A stretch of DNA of 64,000 nucleotides from Harriotta raleighana (lineage: Eukaryota). Shown piece by piece: positions 53,511 through 64,000 of the stretch. The stretch spans positions 662,087 to 726,086 of the forward strand of contig JBNZDD010013684.1 of the NCBI GenBank assembly GCA_050575255.1, read 5' to 3'. Position 1 is the first letter of the stretch. The number at the start of each line of letters is the position of its first letter. The notes under the pieces were generated by a model. That model saw nothing but the letters and a program-made list of their open reading frames with translations, did not search any database and was not told where the DNA came from. Made by a program: the position numbers and the translations under genes.

Positions 53511-54074
53511 ATTCCTTTCCAGTTCAACTTCAAACTCCAGTCTTGTGTGAAAATAATCTATAATGTTAGGATGTGTTTAAAACATTTAAAAATGCATATT
53601 CAAAATAGAACAATACTTAACAAATCCCAGTAACTGGTCTTAGAGTTGAGTGAATAAGGAAGATTTTCCTTGGAGCCAACAGTGTTTTTAGCAGTCTGCT
53701 GGAAATTTTAAAGCGTTTGTATTGGTGTTCACTGGTGGTTGCTTAGCCTCCAACTTGGCCTCATGGCATGTTACGAGCATCTTAGAATCACTTTGACCTT
53801 TGTAGAAAAACCTGCAGTTTCCTCATACTTACAGAACCTCTGCCATATCAGCTATATATAACCCCATTTTTCTGATTATCTTGCAGCTGGTTCTCTTGAG
53901 TTGCACTAAACCTGTAATATTCACAAAACAATTCAGTAGAAATGTTATATATTTGCCATTCTTTTTTTCCTAACCCATAATTTAGACAAGAGTTTGCAAT
54001 TCTGCTCAGACAGAGTATTGCAGAACTTGTTGATGGCTTGCTCATTTAGTTAAAGACACTGTCGATTGTGGAAA

Positions 54075-54895
54075 AAAGTGGATTGACATTATATTTTGTG
54101 GGTGAAACTTGGCAGTACAATTATGCACAGCAATGTCCCACAATATCCATGGAGTGAGTGAACAATTTGATTTGGGGGCTTATTACTAATAATAATCCTT
54201 GCATTTGATATAGCAACTTATCACATCTTCAAGACATCTCAAAGCGCTTCACAGAATATGTAAAATGAATTACATTACACGAGTGAAAAACTGCATGGTT
54301 TGTGGGCGACATACGGCAGCTAATTACGCACAGCAGTGTCCCACAAACAGTGGTGGATTGGGTTTATATTATTATTATTACCCGTGGAAATGTGATCCAA
54401 CAATAGAGTAACAACTGGATTTCTATTTACTCTAATAATAATCCTTGCATTTGATGTAGCGCTTTTCACGTCTTCTAGACTTCTCAAAGGGCTTCACAGA
54501 ATATACTGTAAATTGAATTTACTGCAAAGTAAACAGACGCATGTGGAGTAAGGAAACTTGCCCGACAATTTGCCCTGCCGGAAATCAAACCCAGGTCTAT
54601 CTTGTGAGGCAAGTGGTCTAACCACTGAGCCAAGGGAGTCCACTCCATGACACTGGGACACTGGGAGAAATTCTCTTCTCTTCTTGATTAGTGCCACGGG
54701 ATCCTTAATATCCATCTGAACAGGTCTCGGTTTAATGTCTCATTTGAAGGATGGCACCTCTGACGGTGCACTCCTCCATCCCCCCAATACTGCATTGGAG
54801 TATCACCTTAGACTACATGATACCAAGGTAGGGCTTGAACCCACAACTTTCTGTTCAGAGGCAAGAGTGCTCCCATTGAGCCAGGCTGACACCTA
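54075..54895 (-). mobile_element. Cluster of nested or tandem DeuSINE pieces
   Basis: Tails at about 54187 and 54434; tRNA head ending about 54640; older SacSINE-like body about 54650-54895. Confidence 0.75.
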
Positions 54896-55284
54896 CAAAA
54901 TCGCCTTGTTGCACATGAATGCTTGCTTATTTTGATACACATTGAAACAAAGCCCTTATGAAATATAACATTTGAAAACATTACTATTATATTTCACATT
55001 ACTATTGGGGTCGTGGCATTCGTTTCCTAAGCCTCTTATTACATTAGTTATCACTTTCCTTTAACAGATGCTCACATACTTTTAACTATTTCCGAAGCAC
55101 AGGAGATGACTTCTTAACACTTCATTATCTCTGAATGAATGATTTTTTTCTTTACTTGCTATCTGGATGTAAACGCTGAATTCTGTCTTTGTTCAGCTGT
55201 GTGACATATAATTGGCCATTTAATGTGGGTCATTTAATATCATTGGCTTGTCATCACACTGTGGATGCAAGTCGATGTTGCTGT

Positions 55285-55562
55285 GGTGAAGAGCTCTACC
55301 CCCACACTCTGGAACTCCATCCCACAGTCCCTTCGTCTTGCTCCCTCCCTCGCCTACTTCAAGACCGGTCTCGACCTTTTTCTTCAACTGTGCCTTCTAC
55401 TGTCCTCACAATTCTCTCCCTTCCTAACTCTCTCCCGCCCCTCTCCCCTACCCTGCCCCCCCACCCCCCACCCCCTCCCACTCGACTGTTGAACGCTTGA
55501 GATGTCCTTCCACTGTGAAAGGCACTCTATAAATATAATTTTGTTGTTGTTTGTTGTTGTTG
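55285..55562 (+). mobile_element. L2 3' fragment with TTG tail
   Basis: TLWNSIPQSLRLAPSLAYFKTGL followed by the tail. Confidence 0.85.
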
Positions 55563-56314
55563 CTGCACCTGCAAAATGAATCTTGTGTTTAATTTTGTAC
55601 TTCAAAATGAATGTTAAACTGGATATCAATTTGTTGATGTTGTTTGGATGTTGAAGATCCCATGACATTATTCGAAAAGAGAAAGTGTCCTGGATAATCT
55701 CTCAAATACAATTGGTCACTCACTTTGTGGCTGTTTGTGGAACATTTGCTGTGTTCAAATTAGCTGCTGTGATCGCCTACAAAATCCACAGTCATTGCTA
55801 CACTTTGCAGTAAAATCTTGCCAGACACTTTAAGACATCCTCTCAACATGGAAGGCCCTATATCGAATTCAAGGAATATTATTTTTTTATTAATGGCTGG
55901 TGTACAAACTGCACTTTTATGTTTGCAGTAATCAGTTGCTGTAATTTTGCAAGGCTTAAAAACTTAACACGTGTTCCATGTTCTTAAGACATGGAAATAA
56001 AGGTGCAGAAATTGACAGTTATCAATCTGCTAATCATGCTATTAATCAATGAACTGTTCTGGAGACATACACACTAAATAAATATTGCTCTACAGATTAT
56101 TGTAAAACCATTTCCATTTTTACCCAATACACACATGCTTTGATATTCAATTTACATGGTATATGTAGCAATAAAAATGATACATATGCTATATGTATGT
56201 TTAGGTTCTTTGTGTCAACAGCTAGTTGGGTAAGAACTCCTTTGCTAATACAATATTGATTTGGTGCTTTCTTATCAGAAGAAGAAAAGCTAGAGAGCAT
56301 TGTGAGTGCTATGT

Positions 56315-58955
56315 ATAGTTCTTCTCCACCATCAACCAGCTCCTCCGTCCATCCGTTCCCCCCCATCCCCCCCGCATCGCATGTCCTTTCCTCTCAACTC
56401 CCACTGTGAGGAGATGGTGGATTTCCTCGAGTCCAAAATCGAGGGAATCCGCTCTTTGGTCACCGTCCCTCCAACTTCCACCCCCTCCCCACCTTCCCCC
56501 AGACACCCCGTCTCCTACCCATCCCTCCTTCCACACCTTCGATCCCATCTCCCCATCCTCCGTCACAAAAACCATCTCCTCTATGAAGCCCACCACCTGC
56601 TCCCTAGATCCCATCCCCACCCCTCTCCTTACTATCCAACTCCACCTTCTAGCCCCACTAATCGCTGAAACCATTAACTTGTCCCTTTCATCTGCCACCA
56701 TTCCCATTCCCCTCAAAACTGCCACTATCATCCCCACCCTAAAGAAACTTCCCTTGAAGTGTTGCAGCTCTCAAGCTACCGGCCCATCTCTAACCTCCCT
56801 TTCCTCTCCAAGATTCTCGAAAGAGTGGTTGTCTCCCAGCTCCGCTCTTTCCTCTCAAACCACTCACTCTTTGAACCCCTCCAATCACATCCAATCAAAC
56901 TGCTCTGGCCAAGATCACAAACGACATCCTGACCATCTGCGAACATGGCTCTCTCTGCCTCCTCGTCCTCGATCTATCCGCCACCTTTGACACCTGAGAC
57001 CACGCAATCCTCCTCCACTACCTTTCCTCCCACCTCAACCTTCAAGGCTCTATCCTTGATTGATTCCAGTCATACCTCTCACACCGCCTTCACTTTGTCT
57101 CCTCCAATGGCTTTTCCTCCAGCCTTCAAACAGTCTCATGCAGCGTTCCCCGGGGCTCTGTCCTTGGCCCCCTGCTCATCACACTCTAAATGCTCCCCCT
57201 CGGTGACATCATCCGCAGACATGGGGTAAATTTCCACATATATGCGGATGACACCCAACTCTACCTTTCTGCTTCCACTCTCGACTCCAGGACTACTGGC
57301 GTTCTGACTGTTCGTCTGTCCAACATTGAGTACTGGACGAGGGTCAACTTCTTTCCGACTAAACGTCAACAAGACGGAGGCCCTCCTGATTGGCTCGTGT
57401 CAGCGCCTCCGCACCTCAGGCGCTGGCAAAATCAGCATTCAAGGCTGCTCTCTCCACCTCTTGAAGCCAGTCAGGAATCTGGCCATCTTGTTCTACCCCG
57501 AACTGTCCTTCCTCTTGCAAATTTGCTCCATGACTGGTCCTGCCTTCCACCACCTCCGCAACATTTCCAGACTCCGTCACTACCTCACCCCCCCATGCTG
57601 CTGAAACACTCATCCACACTTCATCACATCCAGGCTCGACTACTGGAACTCTCTCCTCATCTGCCTTCCCAGCTCCTCCCTTCACAAACTGCAGATTATT
57701 CAGAACTCTGCAGCTCGTGTACTCTCCCGCACTAGGCTCCACAACCACATCACTCCCATCCTCGCCACTCTCCACTGGCTCCCCATACCCCAGAGGGTCG
57801 AATTCAAGATTCTCGTCCTCACTTTCAAGGCCATTCATGGCCTTGCTGGCCTATTTCTCTGATCTGCTGTCTGTTGGAATTTCCCGATCCCGAAAGTTCA
57901 AAATAATGACCCAACAATCCTTAATAAAGGTATAGTGAATTTAATGATTATAAGTAATTAGAATAATAGAGTGAAAGATAAATAAAACATACTACCAGTT
58001 AAAGCTGGATTCAAGCTAATACACCATAAGTCAGGTTCAGGCTTCTCACAATACTCACCCTCTCTGTCCCTATTTCAGCTCTACCCTTTCTCTGTTGGCA
58101 CCCCAATTATACTGTAATCCTTTCTCTAACTGACCCTTACCTGTCTTTAAACAGAACAATTGGAACTATGATCCGTTCCAGTAGTTCAGGACAACAGTGG
58201 CAGGCTGGAGATCTCGGTTTACCCTGAGATACTCCCCAACTGTTGTAATGCGCCACTCTTTCTCTCCTATCTTTAAACTTCTCCACCAGCCTCATCATAA
58301 CTAACTCAGCCAGTTGATCACTTGGACATTGTCCAGAAGCGATGTAAAAACTAGACAATTAAAAGGCCAGGTTTGTAGGGAGTTGTTCGCCTCCGTTCTT
58401 TTCCCAGACCTTGAGGTGGTTCTCCTGCTACTCACTTGACAATTTCCCAATTAAATCTTTACTCCCGATATCCATCTGGTGTTTTGCATAGATAAATAGT
58501 TTCTCTCCCCTTTGCTCAAGGTTGCTGACCATGCCTGTGTTGTTAATAGATTGTTTTAATTGGTGTCTGATTGGAACTAACTATAATTATTGTTAATACC
58601 TCTATATCCCAACATGTCTCCCTACCAGCCCGCCTGTCCCCTCCGTTCAGCAGGCTCTGGCCTGCTCTACAACCCCGTCTGAACCACCCTACCAACGGTG
58701 GCCGAGCTTTCAGCTTCTCTGCCCCCCACACTCTGGAACTCCATCCCGCAATCCCTTTGCCTCGCTTCCTCCTTTTCCTCCTTCAAGGCCGGCCTCAAGA
58801 CCTTCCTCTTCAACTGTGCCTTCTGCTCCACTCCGAACTCTTTCCCCTCTCCTTGCCCCTACCCCGACCCTGCTCGGGTCCCAACCTCTGTTCAGCGCCT
58901 TGGGACGTCCTCCCAACATGAAAGGCACTCTATAAATGTAAATTTGTTGCTGTTC
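56315..58955 (+). mobile_element. Long L2 ORF2 fragment (RT domain to tail) split by a solo LTR
   Basis: [46 protein letters not shown]. The L2 text rejoins when 57872-58618 is removed. Confidence 0.93.
57872..58614. mobile_element. Solo LTR, 743 bp
   Basis: TGTTGG...CCAACA termini; 4-bp TSD TGTC at 57868-57871 and 58615-58618; no coding potential. Confidence 0.88.
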
Positions 58956-60329
58956 TTAAAAGCTATCATAGATATATTTTGGCTTTACATCATGGCTTTA
59001 CAAGTTGCATGATACATTAGCAGTTCAGTTTATATTCAATGGTGCAGTTGGGAAGCTTGCTGTCGATTGCTGCGGATGGGGGGTGGATAAAAACAGACTT
59101 CAAAACAAGCCCAAAACAGAATAAAATCTTCATTGGAACTCCACCGATATAATGCAGAATGATACCCATAGCACATGTTTCAAGGACATAACATCTTAAC
59201 ATTAAAATGGTATCGTTAAATCAATTATAATAATCCTTGCATTTGATATTGAGCTGATAAGACAGCTGTGACTGGTGGATGTCCTATAAATTTGACTTGG
59301 TCCTTTTAATTATTCTAGATAAAGATCCTCAAATTACAATGTCCAAGTTTCCAGGATGTTACCACATTCTGTGTTTAAAGCAAACTGTTTAAGGAGAAAT
59401 AATTATGTGAATTATATTAATTACTTACTAGAATCGTGCCATTCCACTTGTAGTTTGTGTTTAAATAGAGGATGCATTGATGACTAACACCAAAGTTACG
59501 AGTGTGACAATTCTTGGTGTCTGTACAGTTATGATTACTATACTTAGGCAAATATAGAGATAATTGAGAGAAGGAAAATATCATTTTAAGTTAAATCCCT
59601 CACCTACAAAGCAACCTGATCCGAGGGAGCTCAATTGCTTGATAATGGTGGATAATGGTGGATAAAAAGATTATGAGGGCATATAATCCAAGTTTTCTAA
59701 TTTGTTCTTTCAGAATAAAGTGATCTTCAGACCATTCCCAAATCCATTAAATCTAGGGTTACTTCCTCTCTAACCCTGGCTCGGAGGCAAGATCGCATCA
59801 CTGTTAAACACTCCCAAGATACTATCCTTAGTGAAGGGAACTATTGCATAAACTAAATATTTAATGTCAATTAGTTTGGTACAACCTCTTGCATTTAAAC
59901 CAGTATAATGCAATTCCACCATCAGTGTTTCAAATGATTTAGTTAGTTACCTTCATTGTTTAAAATAATTACATGAACCTATTCCATCATGTATTTTCTA
60001 TTCAAATTATTCTAAACTTAGTAAATTTGCAAATTTCCTGCACTAAGATACTAGCCTTCCCTTGAGTATGATGGTTGTTTTAAAGCGCAGGTTACTAGCA
60101 CTGGTAATGGTCCTGGAATCATGTAACCTGCATTAACCTGACCCTATTGTAGTTTTGCTTCTATTCCAAATAAGTAGAGGATAGTATGGCAAGCCTCTGG
60201 TTAGAACATTAAGTCCAAGAGTAAGATGGAAACTGAAAGAAGAAGCTTGATTTGCCTAATTGTTCCTAAGAAATTAAAGGGGAAAATGTTACTTGTTAAT
60301 GGGAAAACAAATCTCAGCATTATACAGTA

Positions 60330-61102
<773 letters not shown>

Positions 61103-63884
61103 GTCTGATAGTGTTTCTGATCTAAACGTAAACATGGTTTATATAATTTCTGCTGCAAATTGTAGTGGATATGTGATCATCTCTGTTCACGATTTTCTTG
61201 CATCCTTTTCAGGCACCAATTATGATTCCATTAAAATACATTGGAATCTCAATTAACCCTTTCCCAATTATCTGCTATAATCAGGAAGGCAGAAAATCCA
61301 CGACTTTTGCCCCACAGTACAGACAGGGTTAAATTGTACCATGAATTCAGACAGATCCTTTGCAGCAAAGTGGTTTGAATCAATTGACGGTATATAATAT
61401 GGTCAGAGGTCACAAATTGTCTTTCTGAACAAAACGGACGGTTTAATCTATCAATTGAAAAGTCTATATGTTTAGTTGCATTATATAATGAAGTATAAAA
61501 TAATGGATTGCATTTGTTCGGAATTCTTTGGATACAAGAAAGCTTTCCTTTCTAATGAATATGCTATTGAATAGATTAGCAGTTAGTACTGAAGTTGCAA
61601 CACATTTTAGGGAACACTGGAACATCGGTTATCTGCCAATTCTAATTATAAATCTGAACGGTGGGATTTTTCACTGTACAATTTGTAAATTGCACAATGA
61701 AAAACATTTAATTCCACATCTTTATTCAGCAAAATACAGATCGTATTCTAGAACCTGGTTGGATCATAAATGTAGCACTTCATATCAAGGATTGATCTCA
61801 TTTGGGTTTAGCCTTCAACTCTTGACTTTCATATAGTTTTACTTGAGACGTAGGAAAAATGCATTACCATGTTATATAACATTATGTTCCATTGAAATGG
61901 CATCTGGAGTTTATATTTTATGCTCTTTCAGCAACGCATGCCATTTGGCACAAATGTAAACAAAAAAAACTGGAATTTATATTTAAATATGTTAGATTTA
62001 AATTGCCCATGACTGATTTATTTTCAGTTTGGTCATATTTGTCAATAGTGTCATGAATCTTAATTTGTTGTAGGTGGAGATTTAAAAAAAAATAAAGCAA
62101 CTCCAAATGATATTACTGATGCATTAAATCTTTTCTTTTTCAGTTTTAAAGCAGTATTGTGGAGGCGAAAGCCAAATGCAGAAAATATCCACACGGATAT
62201 ATTAATAAGATGATGTTCAGTTTTTTAAAGAGTGTGGCATCAATGAAGTTGAACTTACCTTAACCATTAAACTAGCTATCAAGACACAGGTGTTGTGGGG
62301 TGGGTAGAAGGACAGTCAAACAGTATAAAATGATAATGTTGGAGACATGTTGCAGTTTGTATGTAGTAATATGCTCTGTAGTAATTTAAGGTCTCTGGGA
62401 CCCTACCCTGCATAGGAGGCGCTGTATAATTGTAAGTTGTTGGTATTGTAATAGCAAAGGCACGCTGCTATGGGTCTCATTTCAAAGAGTAAAGAATAGG
62501 AGTGAAGAAAGGAAATAAATCAAAGCGATTATAATTTCAAATTAAGAATATAAGTAAATTACAGTGTGTGGAAATTTTATTTGATTACATCTTTGATAGT
62601 TGTAAATTGATCAACATGTCGAGCACCAAAAGACATTTTCATATTATAGATTAAATCCCGTTCTCACATTTCAAAGTACTGAACTTATTTTAGTGAGTAA
62701 GTAAACCAACACTTTATTTAGTGTTCTAAATGGCTGCTATTGCATTTGGTAGCAATAGATTTTAAAAGGCACAACTCCAAATTATCAGTCTGTTTCTAAT
62801 TACTGTCCAGTAATGCTCCAGTGGGAAGTGCACTCATGGCCATTGGATGACAACAGGATCAAGCTCAGCTGTGATGTGATGTGATTCTCATTTGGTAATG
62901 CAATAAAGGAGAAGGAGAGGGAGGGAGGGAGGAATGGTGGGAGGGAAGAAAATTGGCCAAACACAGATGATAATAGCGGGTAATAGTATTTTAAGTTACT
63001 TTGATGTAAACAGCAGACCTTTTGTAGCCAAGGCTGATGGATGGTCTCTTTGCTCTACACTGGTCTCTAATGAGAACTGTTTAGCATTTGTCAGAATTCT
63101 CTCGTTTAATGCAGATGTGGAGACATTATAAATGAAGGCTTCATTTACACTGTTATAAAGAGCAGCACTGGTCATTTTCTGTACAATCCATGTATGTAGG
63201 GACAATATGGTAACAAATAAATTAAACTCTTATTGGTCTCCTAATTCTAGATAAGGCTGAAATATTATCCTTGTCTGTTTTGCTGCTGGCAGTTGATAAA
63301 ATCATATTTATCCACAATATGCTTTGTTTTAGTGTTTTGTATTCTTCCACTTCCGTTCTTTTTCATTTTGTACCTAATTGACTTCTTAGCAATCTAGCAG
63401 GATTATTTGATGACATTCGCTGCTATGATTACCAATATGAAATGCATATTTAATTTAATCCAATATTTTTAACATTGAAAAGGAAAGCAAATGAATTTTG
63501 ATACCAATCTGACTAAATCAATGTGTATCACAATAAACATCACCATCTGAATCTTATCTATAATTCTAAAGAGGCTTTTGGTTGGTGGAAGATACAAAAT
63601 TATACTGGGCAACGAACTATGCACAGGAAGTGCGCTAGGCACAGGAAGTGATATCAGCATTGACCTACGAACAGTTTCTAAAGTTCAACCAAGGCACAAT
63701 ATAACATACATAACCACTCTGTATTAAAAGTATTTTGATCCAATATCTTACAGGACTTAGAAAGAGTTGTCTTATTTGCATGGTTCTTATTACCATTAGG
63801 AGAGTTGAAATAATCAAGCTTGAGAAAAAATCTTCCTTTATAACTTAACAATCTTTTACTTCTCATCTAATATTAAAACAGTAA

Positions 63885-64000
63885 TTTGAGTTTAGTGGAT
63901 TAACACATTGGCCTTTCATGCCTAGGACCTTGGTTCAAATCTAGCCCAAATTGATGGATGGGCTGTTTGATAGTTGTAAGAGCCCTACGATTGAGCAATT
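63885..64000 (+). mobile_element. tRNA-headed SINE start resembling LF-SINE, cut by the window end
   Basis: gcctttcatgcctaggaccttGGTTCAAATCtagccc B-box context, similar to the recalled LF-SINE head. Confidence 0.5.

Noticed and set aside
60087-60131. 9-bp inverted repeat gcaggttac/gtaacctgc
   Set aside because: Too short to distinguish from chance in 64 kb.

Overview
Eukaryotic, intron-dominated vertebrate DNA. The repeat content (CR1/HER1-type LINE tails, L2-clade LINEs with (TTG)n tails, tRNA-headed Deu-domain SINEs with (ATT)n tails) points to a cartilaginous fish, probably a chimaera or elephant shark; this is an inference. The only host gene visible is RNF38 (RING-H2 E3 ligase) on the + strand, seen as six internal coding exons: 25698-25891, 29010-29223, 34210-34377, 35972-36142, 43926-44087 and 60690-60793. 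They total 1013 nt, all have AG/GT boundaries, and their phases are compatible. The first exon and the RING-encoding exons are not in the window. The rest is intron filled with nested CR1, L2, SINE and Tc1/pogo-type MITE relics, with a 286-N gap (43013-43298) and two single-N joins. I found no convincing novel multi-gene system. The most notable signals are a 743-bp solo LTR with a 4-bp TSD inside an L2, a decayed intronic copy of part of an RNF38 exon, a mutated minimal hammerhead ribozyme in a Penelope-like end, a five-copy MITE family with variable interiors, inverted young repeats bracketing a 747-nt stop-free exon block, and a direct repeat flanking one exon. Repeat boundaries and family names were judged by eye and from memory, so they are approximate unless a TSD or TIR is quoted.
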